Positions 10,665 through 22,490 of a stretch of 64,000 nt of DNA are shown piece by piece. Position 1 is the first letter of the stretch. Each line of letters opens with the position of its first letter. The notes below the pieces were generated by a model, which saw only the letters and a list, made by a program, of their open reading frames with translations, searched no databases and had not been told where the DNA came from. The stretch is taken from NCBI GenBank assembly GCA_963665115.1, contig OY762007.1, positions 6,368,001-6,432,000 of the forward strand. Reading direction: 5' to 3'. The translations under genes and the position numbers were made by a program. This DNA is from an uncultured Rivularia sp. (GTDB lineage: Bacteria > Cyanobacteriota > Cyanobacteriia > Cyanobacteriales > Nostocaceae).

Positions 10665-13416
10665 TTAACCAAACGCGAAATTATCCGCAATCAAACTATC
10701 GGCACCAATTCCTTGCAATATCGCTAACTCAGAACCATTCGCAGCAATCAAAGTATTATCATCCTGCCCAGTTATGCTCAAATCATCAAAGCCAATACCT
10801 AAACCAGCAATACCAAGCACATCTTCACCACTGGTAAAATCGGTTATGATATTCGCTGCTTCCGGAATTTCTGCTGTAGCAATCCAGAATTGGTCGGCAC
10901 CTTCCCCACCAGTAATCATATTATTACCACCGCTCATTGCGAAGAATTTATCGTCACCTGCTCCACCGACAATTCTATCTTCGGTTCCCAGTATTACAGT
11001 ATCGTCACCGCTACCCGCGTAAATCCGGTTTCCACCTTCGCTACCGATAGAAGCGTCAATCAAATCGCTTTCGCTACCACCGAAAATAAATTGACCGCTA
11101 CCTTCTACTTCAATTATGTCTGCATTGATAGTTCCGAATTCCGGTGTAGTTGTTGGAGATGTAGGTTCGGGTGTTGTAGGACGCTGATCTTCAATAGTAA
11201 CGGTAATGGAACTGGCGTTGGCACCTACTTCGTAGAGTTCACCATCGCGCAGGGTGAAAGTTAAGGTTTCTAGACCTTCTGCCACATCATCCTGGAAAAC
11301 TGGTACCGTAATGCTAGAGTTTTCTTCGGTAACGCGGAAGAAAAATCCACCTGCGGTTTCGTCGGTACCGACAATACTACCACCTTCTATTACTGGCCCT
11401 GTAACTTCGGTTTCGTCTTCTGGTAGACGCGGGTTGGTTGCATTAACATCGAATTCTGCAATTGCTCTTGGTGGTCCTTCAATAAAGACGACTAAGCCTT
11501 CGGCTGGAATCTCACCCTGGGTTGTCAAGTTAATTGTGATTGGTGTCTGCTCATTTTCAAAGAGCGTATCGGTAGTAGCTGAAATTTCTACTGTCGGACC
11601 AACTCCACCCGGTACACCATCTGTAACAGTAAAGGTAGATTCATTAGCTTCCGGATTAACTGCGTAACCATCACCATCCACCAAGGTGTAGGTATAAGTT
11701 GCATCGGCTTCCTCAAGAATATCATTGAACACCGGAAGAGTAATGCTCGCATCCGCTTCGGTAATCGTAAAGCTAAAGTTACTCAAGAAACTAGTTCCGG
11801 CAGCGGCTTCATCGGATGCAGTTTCACTGGGGGTCCCCATCTTCGAGAGAGAAACGGTTGAGGGTACCACCGACGATATTACCATTGGTATTCTCGGCAA
11901 AACCGTTATCAAAACGATAGAAAATGCTACCTGTTTCCGCGTCAAAACGAGTTTGAGCTACGGTAAACTGCTGCATGATACCAGCAGCGTCACCTTCTAG
12001 GTCAACGGTAATACCAGCTTCGGGTATTTCACCGTCCACGCTGAAGTTCATCACCAACGCGGTACCTTCCGCTTCGTTGATTGTGGTTGGGATTGTGCTA
12101 AAGCTAACAGTGGGTTCACCAGCTTCACCTCCTTCAGATAGTTGAACCCATTCTTCAGGAAGTAAGTTAGCAAGGATTTCAAAATCACCGTTACCGTCAG
12201 GTTCGAGAACGTAAGCTATCCCTTGGGGATTGGGATAAATGCCTGTTCCTGCTTCAAAGAGATCGTCATGTCCAACGAGAATCGTGTTTGTTCCTGCTTC
12301 TGGTGGAGCAGTTAATAAAGGCAAAACATTTGCCCTCATCTCTTCTACCTGTTCGTCGGTATAGTCTTCAAAGGGTAGAAAATTGAGTGCGGGGTCTTTT
12401 TCATATTGACCAAAAGCTATTGCAGCAGTATTAATAGCACGACCGTATTCGCTGGTAATCACGTCGTCGTAAGGTATTTGAGATATTTCAAAACCTTCGC
12501 CAATAGCTAAAGATTGTTTCACCCCAAATTCACTTAGCACTCTCTGCGTAGAGAAGTCAGTCACATCAGCAGTAACTTGATCCGCAAAATCTTTCTCTGT
12601 TTGAGCGTGTCTGAAGTATATTACGTTACCACCATCTTGGAGTTCGTCTAATAATTCTTCACCTACTAACTTGTCTACAAAATCAACATTTGCTTGTTCC
12701 CCAGGAGTTAATTCACCTTCATAGGTAGGAGCAGGAGTTACTAATTCAAAACTATCTCCCGGTTGATAACCTTCGCCAACCGTTCCAGCTTCGCCGCCTT
12801 CACCGCCTTCTCCGCCTTCTGTAGGGGTTCCAGCTTCGCCGCCTTCACCACCTTCTCCTTCTGTAGGGGTTCCAGCTTCGCCGCCTTCACCGCCTTCTCC
12901 TCCTTCTGTAGGGGTTCCAGCTTCGCCACCTTCTCCTTCTGTGGGGGTTCCAGCTTCGCTGCCTTCACCACCTTCTCCTTCTGTGGGGGTTCCAGCTTCT
13001 CCACCTTCACCACCTTCGGTAGATTCGTTGGATGGACTACCTTCCGCATCTTGGAGGGACAAAGTTACAGAACCGGCGCTAGAGTCAATTGTGTATCCCT
13101 CACCCGGTTGAACAGCAAAAGTTATATCTTGTGCATCATCAACTTGGTCGTCAAAAATCGGTACGGCTATAGTTGCTGGCGATGCGTTAATGAGAAAATC
13201 AAAACCACTGGTAGTATCATTAACTCTTACAAATCGCCCATTACTGAATTGGGCTGCAAACACATCTAATTGACCTAGAGCATTTTCGGTTGGACTGTCA
13301 ATACTAACAACCAAACCATCTTCTGGTATTGCTTCACTTGAAGCCAGCGTAATTGTTAATACAGTTCCTTCTTCTTCAACGAGAACTGTAGGATTCGCAC
13401 TTATTGAAACTGCCAT
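10665..13416 (-). CDS. Array paralog 4: Calx-beta-like module, GEGG-rich linker, histidine-phosphatase-superfamily domain, further modules and RTX-like tail; +1 frameshift at G-run 11829-11833
   Basis: ORFs 11824..13416 and 10665..11945 join as ...LEDGDPSETASDEAAAG. Phosphatase motifs VIYFRHAQT, QRVLSEFG, TSEYGRAINTA, ILVGHD. Confidence 0.8.
12787..13020 (-). repeat. Coding tandem repeat (EGGEGGEAGTPTEG)n
   Basis: About 5-6 imperfect copies of GAAGCTGGAACCCC(T/C)ACAGAAGG...GAAGGCGGC. Confidence 0.9.
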
Positions 13417-13602
13417 AATTTATGTTGATTATAGAGTAAGTGTTTATACAATCTATTTTTTAGGCAATTGTGATTATGCCACCGTGGAATTAGTCATGCT
13501 ACAAGTATTATTTCGCGCTTATCATCAAACAAAAAGCTTCTAATTACCTAACAGAGCGTAGGTATAACGTCGGACAAAGTTTTTACTTTACTGTTGAATA
13601 AA

Positions 13603-13695
13603 TTATTGCGAAATAATCTCAAGCTTTTTGACTTACGTAAATTCTACTATAAACGATACTTTATAGAAGTAGCAATTTGTGAAGTTTTCGTGAAG
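13603..13695 (-). promoter_or_regulatory. Conserved promoter cassette C (paralogs 4-3)
   Basis: TTATTGCGAAATAATCTCAAG...TTACGTAAATTCTACTATAAA...TTTGTGAAGTTTTCGTGAAG. Confidence 0.7.
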
Positions 13696-13965
13696 AGCAT
13701 GGGAATTGGGCATTGAACATCGAGTTTGTAGGGTGCATGAAGACCTTGACCAATTATTGTTTTATGAATTAGCACTTATTGAAAAAGCCATTGTTGCGAA
13801 AGCTTCTCAAAATTTAGACCTACTATAGGAATTAAGATGATTTGAGGCGATCGCAAATAATCTTTAGTTCTATTTTTCTAATTTGCATTTTCCTCTGGGT
13901 AGAGTTTTATAAGTGCAAATTTTGCATGATTAAAACTCGATTCGTAGTTGTGGTGACAAAAAATT

Positions 13966-14074
13966 GGCATTGCTTAATCAAAATATAAATAGCCCCCTAA
14001 CCCCCAAATTTGGGGGATTTAGGGGGCTGTTGTTAGATACCAATTAGGAATTCATATCTGTATTCAGCAACGCC
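13966..14074. mobile_element. MITE with GGC(G/A)TTGCT terminal inverted repeats and an 8-bp target duplication (IS1595-family-like ends)
   Basis: GGCATTGCT...TCAGCAACGCC flanked on both sides by AAAAAATT; internal AGCCCCCTAA...TTAGGGGGCT hairpin. Confidence 0.8.
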
Positions 14075-14087
14075 AAAAAATTAATAA

Positions 14088-14114
14088 TGTAGAGACGTAG
14101 CACTGCTACGTCTC
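14088..14114. repeat. GTAG-type REP palindrome downstream of paralog 5
   Basis: TGTAGAGACGTAGCACTGCTACGTCTC; the block from here into the gene tail is near-identical to 18309 onward. Confidence 0.8.
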
Positions 14115-14155
14115 CAAATTGATGCGAAATAACGCCTAATTCAGGGAATGATTAT

Positions 14156-17100
14156 TTAAGCAAACGCAAAATTATCCGTAATCAAACTATCAGCACCAAT
14201 TCCTTGCAATATCGCTAAATCCGAGCCATTTGCAGCAATCAAGGTACTATCATCTTCTTGAGAAATACTTAAACCATCAAAGCCAATACCCAAACCAGCA
14301 ATACCAAGCACATCTTCACCACTGGTAAAATCAGTAATAATATTTGCCGAAGAAGGAATTTCAGCAGTCGCAATCCAGAATTGGTCTGCACCTTCCCCAC
14401 CAGTAATGATATTATCACCACCGCCCATTGCAAAGAATTTATCGTCACCTGCTCCACCGACAACTCTATCGGACATTCCCAATATCAAAGTATCGTCACC
14501 GCTACCAGCGTAAATCCGGTTTCCACCTTCACTACTTATAGAAGCGTCAATCAAATCATCGGAATCACCACCGAAAAGCAGTTGACTGCTGCCGCTAACT
14601 TCGATAATATCTGCTTCAAGGGAGCCAAATACGGTTTCGGTAGTAGGTGGTTCTGGTTCGGTATTACCGTCAACTAAAGTAGCAGTTAAATCGTAGAAGC
14701 CATTAAACACGCCGATTTCTGGGAATGTCCAACCACTACCACTTCTTGCTACATTAGGGTTGTAGTTGCGGTTGCCTAGTTGACTCACGCCTACATAGTA
14801 AGTCCCTGCTGTTTCGGCAGTGTATTTAACAAAAGGGTCGCGGGAAAACTCTTCATCGGGGGCTGCACCATCATTATTGGCAGCAAGTTCATTTCCCTCT
14901 GCGTCAAACAACCGCAGTTCGGTATCGGGCTTTTGGAGTGTTTCTGCCAAAGCAGGAGAAACCACAGGTCTGGCATTAATTGTCTCAGGAAGTATTTCTT
15001 CTGTATCAATGTCAAGGTTAACGGTTTGTCCAGCTTCTAGATTAAAGGAGTAGAAATCAACATCTTCGGGAAGATCGACAAAGCTTTCACCAATTAGTCC
15101 GCTAAGGGAAACAGAAGCACGCTCGGAACTTAAACCTAAAGCATTAGCTTCGGATAGAGTACTGTTGCTTTCACTTTCTTCGGCAACAGCAAGTTGATCC
15201 AAGGTTTCGGCTAAAGAGAAGCTAGCCTCTGTTGCTGCTGGGTTGATCTCATAGGTATCGCCCGGTTCTAAAGTAAAGGTTGCGGTTTCGTTGCCTTCAT
15301 CTGTACCATCATCAAGAACGGGTAGACTAATAGTTGCTTCGGGTTCGGTAATAGTAAGGTCAAAGCCATCGTCGCGCAGGTTAGCAATCGTACCACCTGT
15401 TACTTCAATCGCATTCAAATCAAAATCATCAAGAGACTCTGTACTGACGCTAACGGTTAAGCCTTCTTCTGGTGGTGGCGTACTGAGACTAAAGGTATGA
15501 ACGCTAACCGTACCTTCTGATTCAATCAAAGTGGTGCTTTCTTCATCTCCCTCAGTAGAAGCAGTCAAAGCTACTAGAATTTGTGAATCTGGGTTATCGG
15601 CAATGCTCAGGTTGATTTCGCTAGCATTACTATCGATGGTGTAACCCTCTTGCGGTTGTAAGGCAAAGGTAAGATCGAGAATGCCTTCTTGTAAAGTTTC
15701 TGGGGGAACTTCTAGACCAACTGTTAGTTCATCAAACACTGACAGCGTAACAGTTGCAGTCTGCTCGGTGATAGTGAAGAAAAAGCCAGAAGAATCTCCA
15801 TTCGGAACTGGGAAGTTGCCCCCGCTAATTTCAGCGTTCAAGACATCAAACTGACTGAGAACAGTACCGACAACTGGATTATCTTCGCTGTCTAAATAAA
15901 CTGTCACGCCCTCTGCGGCAGGAGCTTCGGACAAGGTAAACGTTAGCGTGGTTTCAGTTCCTTGCGTCTCAATTAGCTCTGTCTCACTGATGGTTATTCC
16001 CACTTCAGGAACGATGTCTCCGCCGCCAGTAGACGCGGGGACATCTTCTACAGAATCGTAGTAAGTTACCTGTGTCTCCCCAGCATCGGAGGCAATTTCA
16101 TAGCCTTCCCCTGGTTGTAAGAAGAAGTTAACATCTTCTGCCCCATCCGTCTCCAGAGGCTCAAATACATCTAATAATCCTTCTCCAAAGAAACGCGGAA
16201 TAATCGCATTAGGATTAGCGGCTTCGTAGTTAACCGTCATTAAAGGTTCTTCAATACGAAGACGAATACCAGTAGGTATCCCATCTTGATTATAAAAAGC
16301 GCCTAATGACTGTCCGCCAATCGTGTTAGGAAGCTGGCTTTGACCTTCAAAGGAAACGTAATCAAATAAATTAGCATCGCTGTTGAGAACAAATTCAATA
16401 CCCTCTTCGGGAATTTCACCCTCAGCTTCAATCGTAAAGGTAACGCTAGAAACTCCGCCTATTTCAACATATTCTACCACTGCACTACTGAAGTTACCTT
16501 CACTATCAGCAGTTGCAGGGTTGGCACTTAACGAGAGTGTGGGAGGATTTGTAATGCCTGGGTTACTAACAGGTGGTGTGGGTGTGCCTTCTATCCGAGG
16601 ATTATCTGGCGTTAACAAATCGATATTAATCGCATAGTCTCCAAACGCCGAGCGATTGCCGTTACCCGATTCAAACACAAGAGGATCGTATAGTGGCTGA
16701 GAGAATTCTCGGGTAAACGGGACATCGAGAACGTTACCGCTTCCACTACCCACTGCAAAATAGTAAATACCGTCTTCGGATGCGGTAAATTCTTCATAAC
16801 CATCCGTCTCATTCTCGTCAAAAGGGGTGGAGCCACCGAACAACTTATCGGGAGCAGCGGTTCTTCTGGCAGCACCGTAATCTCGAAGCGGGTTCCCTTC
16901 GGCATCGAATATCATGGTATCTAACCTAAGACCATCATCAAATGCATTAAGATTTGTATCGAAGTCAAAAGTTTCAACGGCGATTGTATCTCCTGCGCTC
17001 AGGTTTATCTTGTAAAGATCCACATCTTCGCTGTAGTCGATATAGCTATAGGTACCGTCTGGGTTTAGTTGGCGATTGCCGATATTAAAGTAGATGGAAT

Positions 17101-18106
17101 CGCTGCCAGAAAAGGTCGGATTCTCAGGGGTGATTTTAGTATCTGTTGCTAATGGGATAATATTGTTTGGCTCAGTAATAACGCCTTGTGGAAGATCCGA
17201 CTCTGTATCCACCAAGTTAAAACTACCGCTACTGTATTCCTCTACAACTTCGTACCCTTCTCCCGCAGCCAAACTGAAAGTAGCCGTTTCCGTTTCCTCA
17301 GCAACTCCATCAGCCGCAATAGGAAGATTAACTAAAGTGGTATATTCCGTCATCCGCAGGTCAAAACCATCATCGCGAACAGCAACAATTTCGCCCCCTT
17401 CAACCGAAACACCTGTTAAATCAAACTCGCTCAAAGAAGGTGCATTTACCTTTAACACCAAACCTTCGGCAGGAATTACTCCATCTGTAAGGTTAAAAGC
17501 ATGAGCGCTAACTGTTCCTTTGTCTTCAATTAAGTATGATGGTCCTGAGAACAAGCTTGCCTTGATTAAACCCGATGTAGGTGGCTCTGTAGGAGGTTCT
17601 GTATCGGTAAGCTGACTTTCTTCATCGGCAAATAATACGGTAGAAGAGCCTAAATCAATGTTAATTGTGTAATCTCCCAAAGTTCCTACATCGGCTAAAT
17701 CTTCTTGTTCTACTTCTCCTGGTGCGACGAGTGAAAAATTAGCTTCAACCAAACCATCAAAGGTTTCAGGTAAAAAAGTATCGAGTTCATCATTGTCAAA
17801 AACGTTGATGGTAAAACTAGCAGTAGTTGCACCCGAGTCGATAGTTAAGAAGAAGCCCGAATTATCGAAATTAGTGCCAACCAACGAAGGGTTGATATTT
17901 TCAACTATTGGATTAGCCCCAAACCCAGGCAAATCCAGACGGTTGACAATTTGCTCTACATCGCTATCTACATAAACTTTTAAACCGCCTTCTGGGGCTG
18001 GTTCATTGAGTTCAAAATTAAAGGTTAACGCCGTTCCCCGATCTTCAATGAGGGCTTTTTGTTGTCCGTCAAAGTTGGTGGAAATCGATAAACTTGCTTG
18101 TACCAT
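14156..18106 (-). CDS. Array paralog 5: secreted acidic protein, modules, two PPC-like domains, RTX-like tail (1316 aa)
   Basis: Intact ORF; N-terminal module shared with paralog 6 (MVQ.SLS...GGLKVYVDSDVEQIVNRL); ends DNFAFA. Confidence 0.85.
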   Translation of the reverse strand: MVQASLSISTNFDGQQKALIEDRGTALTFNFELNEPAPEGGLKVYVDSDVEQIVNRLDLPGFGANPIVENINPSLVGTNFDNSGFFLTIDSGATTASFTINVFDNDELDTFLPETFDGLVEANFSLVAPGEVEQEDLADVGTLGDYTINIDLGSSTVLFADEESQLTDTEPPTEPPTSGLIKASLFSGPSYLIEDKGTVSAHAFNLTDGVIPAEGLVLKVNAPSLSEFDLTGVSVEGGEIVAVRDDGFDLRMTEYTTLVNLPIAADGVAEETETATFSLAAGEGYEVVEEYSSGSFNLVDTESDLPQGVITEPNNIIPLATDTKITPENPTFSGSDSIYFNIGNRQLNPDGTYSYIDYSEDVDLYKINLSAGDTIAVETFDFDTNLNAFDDGLRLDTMIFDAEGNPLRDYGAARRTAAPDKLFGGSTPFDENETDGYEEFTASEDGIYYFAVGSGSGNVLDVPFTREFSQPLYDPLVFESGNGNRSAFGDYAINIDLLTPDNPRIEGTPTPPVSNPGITNPPTLSLSANPATADSEGNFSSAVVEYVEIGGVSSVTFTIEAEGEIPEEGIEFVLNSDANLFDYVSFEGQSQLPNTIGGQSLGAFYNQDGIPTGIRLRIEEPLMTVNYEAANPNAIIPRFFGEGLLDVFEPLETDGAEDVNFFLQPGEGYEIASDAGETQVTYYDSVEDVPASTGGGDIVPEVGITISETELIETQGTETTLTFTLSEAPAAEGVTVYLDSEDNPVVGTVLSQFDVLNAEISGGNFPVPNGDSSGFFFTITEQTATVTLSVFDELTVGLEVPPETLQEGILDLTFALQPQEGYTIDSNASEINLSIADNPDSQILVALTASTEGDEESTTLIESEGTVSVHTFSLSTPPPEEGLTVSVSTESLDDFDLNAIEVTGGTIANLRDDGFDLTITEPEATISLPVLDDGTDEGNETATFTLEPGDTYEINPAATEASFSLAETLDQLAVAEESESNSTLSEANALGLSSERASVSLSGLIGESFVDLPEDVDFYSFNLEAGQTVNLDIDTEEILPETINARPVVSPALAETLQKPDTELRLFDAEGNELAANNDGAAPDEEFSRDPFVKYTAETAGTYYVGVSQLGNRNYNPNVARSGSGWTFPEIGVFNGFYDLTATLVDGNTEPEPPTTETVFGSLEADIIEVSGSSQLLFGGDSDDLIDASISSEGGNRIYAGSGDDTLILGMSDRVVGGAGDDKFFAMGGGDNIITGGEGADQFWIATAEIPSSANIITDFTSGEDVLGIAGLGIGFDGLSISQEDDSTLIAANGSDLAILQGIGADSLITDNFAFA

Positions 18107-18126
18107 GTTATTTGTTTTTAGTGAAA

Positions 18127-18300
18127 TTAAATAGTTTGTTGGTCTTCAACGCCGTCCACAAAAATAATGCTTTGAAAAGTGCGATCGCCAATATTATAGT
18201 TTCTACCTTCAACATTAGTTAAAGCAAAATCCAAAAACTGAGCTTCTTCGTCAATTGCATCGGGAATAATTGGAATGATGTAAAAATTTGAAATTTTAGT
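18127..18300 (-). pseudogene. Remnant of one array module (no start codon)
   Basis: Minus strand reads ...IPIIPDAIDEEAQFLDFALTNVEGRNYNIGDRTFQSIIFVDGVEDQQTI*, resembling the second half of the repeated module (P...D...EE...F.F.....G..Y.....). Confidence 0.5.
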
Positions 18301-18308
18301 TCATAAGA

Positions 18309-18335
18309 TGTAGAGACGTAGCAGTGCTACGTCTC
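18309..18335. repeat. GTAG-type REP palindrome downstream of paralog 6
   Basis: TGTAGAGACGTAGCAGTGCTACGTCTC. Confidence 0.8.
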
Positions 18336-18376
18336 CAAATTGATGCGAAATAACGCCTAATTCAGGGAATGATTAT

Positions 18377-21300
18377 TTAAGCAAACGCAAAATTATCCGT
18401 AATCAAACTATCAGCACCAATTCCTTGCAATATCGCTAAATCTGAGCCATTCGCAGCAATCAAAGAGTTATCTTCCTGCTGGGTGATGCTCAAATCATCA
18501 AAGCCGATTCCTAAACCAGCAATACCAAGCACATCTTCACCGCTGGTAAAGTCAGTAATAATATTTGCTGCTTCCGGAGTTTCGGCTGTAGCAATCCAGA
18601 ATTGATCGGCACCGGCTCCACCAGTAATGATATTATCACCACCCGAAAGTGCAAAGAATTTATCGTCACCTTCACCACCAATCAGGCGATCGCCATTCCC
18701 CAAAATCAAAGTATCATCACCGCTACCAGCATAGATACGGTTTCCACCTTCACTACCAATAGAAGCGTCAATCAAATCATCGGAATCACCACCGAAAACA
18801 ATTTGACTGCTACCTTCTACTTCGATAATATCTCCTTCTAAGGAACCGAATATTGGTTCGGTAGTGGGTTTAGAGCCACCACTATCGGATGCTAATTCGA
18901 CGTTGAGTTCATATTCGCCGAAAAGAATGCCGATTTCGGCGAATATCCAACCGCTACCAACGCTTAGATTATTTTCTACCAAGGGGTCATAATCGGTATT
19001 TCCAAGCTGACTGACACCGACGTAGTAAGTACCCGCTTCCGAGGCTGTAAATTCAAGATAGGGGTCACGGCTAAATTCTTCGTTGGGTGCTGCACCGTTA
19101 TTGACGCTAGCTAATTCGTTACCCGAAGCATCGAATAAGCGCAGTTCCGAATCTAAACGTTGTTCTACTCCTTCAAATTTAGCTGACTCAAAGGGAATAG
19201 AATCAACATCAAGCTTAATCGTATCTCCTGCTTCCAAAGTAAAACTGTAGAAGTCAACATCTTCTGAAGCCTCTACGATTTCACCAACACTAGAATCTAC
19301 TCTTGCGGATTCACCTGGTTCGCGACTACTAAGAGCAGCGGTAAATTTTGCAGTGGGATTAAAGGGATTGATATTGAGATCGATCGCTTCAGAAATCGTA
19401 TCATTAGAATCAAATTCTTCAGTTGGAGCAGGAACTTGTTCTGGAATATCTACCACCGTAATTGTGGCTTCGGGTGCATCGGGGGTCGATTAGGTAATTT
19501 GTAGTTTCAACCAAAGAGAAAGTAGTTGTTTCTACTCCCTCATCTTCACCATCTGATATTGGTGGTAGCTCGACGATAGCAGTAGCATCGGTAATATTAA
19601 GGGAGAAACCCGTGTCTGTAACTTCTGTTATTTCTCCTCCCGTTACGGTAAATGCTTCGGTATCAAACTTCGATAAATCGTCAGCACTGACTGTTACGTC
19701 AACACCTGATTCTGTGGGAAATGCAGTCAGATTAAAGGTAAGCTCGCCTGCTGTATTATCTGACTCAACCGCAACAGTTTCGCTTCTTAAGCTAACTTCT
19801 AAAACAGAATCTGGATTATCAGCAATAGTGAAATTGACGAACGAAGCATTCTCATCAATCGTATACAGAGATCCTTCTTGAAGCGCAAGGTTAAAGCTTT
19901 GTAAACCTTCTTCAAAGGGGTCTTCAAAAGCAGATAAGCTAATAGATGCTTCTTGTTCAGTAATTTTGAAAAAGAAACCGTTAAATTCTCCATTAGGAGT
20001 TGGATAAACACCTCCGCTAACTTCAGCATTGAGAATATCAAATTGAGGTAGGATACCTACTGCATCACCCTTGACAAAAACCAGCACACCTTCAGAGGGC
20101 GGAGCTTCATTAAGGCTAAAGTTGAGCGTTGTTCGATCTCCTTCGGATTCAACTAGTTCGGTTTCGGTAATTGTTAGGCTGATTTCAGGAATAACGTTAG
20201 GTTCTGGAGCTTGCTCTTCACTGTCATAGAATGTGGGTGTGACTTGATTTTCGGTTTCAGATACCCCGTAGCCTTCACCGCCTTCTAAGAAGAACGTTAC
20301 CTCTTCTGGACCATCAGTTTCAGGTTCTAATAGCTGACCCCAATAAGGAGTTCTTGCATTCAATCCGACAAAAGTAACCGGCTCAAATATTCTAAGTTGA
20401 AAACCCGTTTCTCGTCCAGTGTTATCGGTTAGAACATCTACTAATTCTGCTCCAGGCGTAAAAGGAGGAAGAATTAGAGAGCGTACTGAAAAGTAGTCTC
20501 TTAGATAGCTGTCGCTATTTACATTAACTAAAATACCTTCTTCAGGAATTTCTCCTTCAGTTTCTAATACCAGGTTTAAAAGTGAACCCTCTAGGTCAAG
20601 TCCTTCGATTAAATTGTTTGAAAGTACGGTGTCTAAACCAAGCTCCCCAGAAATAACGCGGGGATCTGAAAACTGAGCATAAGTAGCACTGTTAAAGTTC
20701 AAAGAAACCGTTGGCTCACCATCTTGAGCTAAATCGATTGTTTGGGGAAGTGTGTTATTACTACGATTTTGCTGTTCCACTAAAAACGCTCGCTCTTCTG
20801 GATTAAGAGCAATTGTTAGTTCATACTCACCAATATTAAGAGAATCTTCGGAAGCATTAAACCCATCTCCACTAGCTGGAATGAAGGGGTTGTATGTCAG
20901 ACCACCCCAAGTATCGGGCGCACCAAATCTTTGAGGCGCGCCGTTGGAAAAAGAGCTAAGACCTAGATAGTAAGTTCCATCTTCTGGTGCTTCAAATTCA
21001 AGGTATGAATCTCCACTCGATCTGAAAATTTCACCTATCCCTGGACTGAGACCTCTTCCAGTAAGTTCGTTACCGTCTGCGTCAAATATGCGTTGTATGC
21101 CTACAATGCTATTAACCGTATCGAATTCAACGTTTGGAAAAGCTGCTCCATCTGTAGCACGAGAATCGATGTCAGAAGAAATAACGTCTCCTGCTTTAAG
21201 GTCAAATCTGTAGAGGTTTACGTTTTCTACCGCATCAACATAAGTAAAGCTGCCATCTTCATTTTGGTAGCGATTGCCAATATCAAAATCAAAGGTTTCA

Positions 21301-22319
21301 ACAATCGTAACTACTGAATTATCAGCACTGAGTCCAATATCGCTAGCTAAAGGAATAATATCGTTAGGCTCGCTGATATTATCAGGAACTTCTTCGGCAG
21401 TATCGGTAATAGTGAACTCACCACTACTAAAATCATCATTCACCTCATACCCATCACCCGCTTCCAAACTAAAGCTAGCCGTTTCTAACCCCTCAGCTTC
21501 CCCATCAGCAGCAACAGGAAGATTAATTAAAGTCGTAAAATCCGTGAGTCGAATATCAAAACCATCCTCTCGGACGTTGACAATTTCCCCACCATCACTA
21601 ACTTCAATCGCATCTAAACGGAAGCTACTCAAGTTGGGTGCATCAACTCCAACAACTATTCCACCTTCAGGTATTGTTGCTCCAGTGACATTAAAAACAT
21701 GAGCAGAAACCGTTCCGTCTTCCTCTACCAAATAATCCGGTCCCGTATTTAAACTAACTAACGGTAAACCAGTTTCTGGAGTTGGTTCCGGTGTCGGATT
21801 CGGTTCCCGTGTCTGCTCGGTAAGCTGGCTTTCAAGGTCAGCAAATAATACACTACTTGTTGCTGCATTACTATCAATAGTGTAATCGCTGAGATTGCCC
21901 ACATCCCCCAAATCTGCTGCATCCACCTGCTCGCTCGTCTTCAACTGAAACACCGCTTCTACCAAACCATCAAAAGTTTCTGGTAAAAACGTATCGGGTT
22001 CAGAATTATCAAACACATTAATCGTAAAGCTCGCATTCGTAGCTCCTGGATCAATAGTGAGGAAAAAGCCAGAATTATCAAAATTAGTTCCAAGCAACGA
22101 GGGGTTGATATTTTCGACGATTGGATTAACCCCAAACCCCGGTAAATTCAAACGGTTGACAATTTGTTCTACATCGCTATCTACATAAACTTTCAAACCA
22201 CCTTCGGGAGCTGGTTCATCTAAGGAGAAGTTTACAGTTAATGCATTTCCCTTCTCTTCAACGAGCGCATTCTGTTCACCCGAGTAGTTCGTAGTTGTAG
22301 AAAGGCTAACTTGTACCAT
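18377..22319 (-). CDS. Array paralog 6: secreted acidic protein, modules, two PPC-like domains, RTX-like tail; +1 frameshift at G-run 19481-19485
   Basis: ORFs 19419..22319 and 18377..19456 join as ...NYLIDPDAPEATITVVDIPEQVPAP, matching TTFTIVDIPEQTPAP in paralog 3. Confidence 0.8.
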
Positions 22320-22435
22320 TATTAATTTTCCTGAAGTTATTGTTATTTTTTCTCGTTACATGAAATGGTGCGCTCACAGCGCGAAAAAGACATATTTTTT
22401 TATAATCCGAATTATTCGTCGCGCCATAACAGAAC

Positions 22436-22488
22436 GGCAGTTTTGCGGCTTTGTGCATCCACACCGCAAACTGCCTCCCCTACGAGTG
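22436..22488 (-). repeat. Stem-loop directly after the paralog 7 stop (GTAG-led palindrome; possible mRNA stabiliser or terminator)
   Basis: GGCAGTTTTGCGG...CCGCAAACTGCC inverted repeat, preceded on the minus strand by CGTAGGGG. Confidence 0.5.
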
Positions 22489-22490
22489 AT

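Noticed and set aside
1541..18335. Repeated ~27-bp palindromes as a possible CRISPR array
   Set aside because: Dispersed or in inverted pairs, no regular spacers, and no cas genes in the window.
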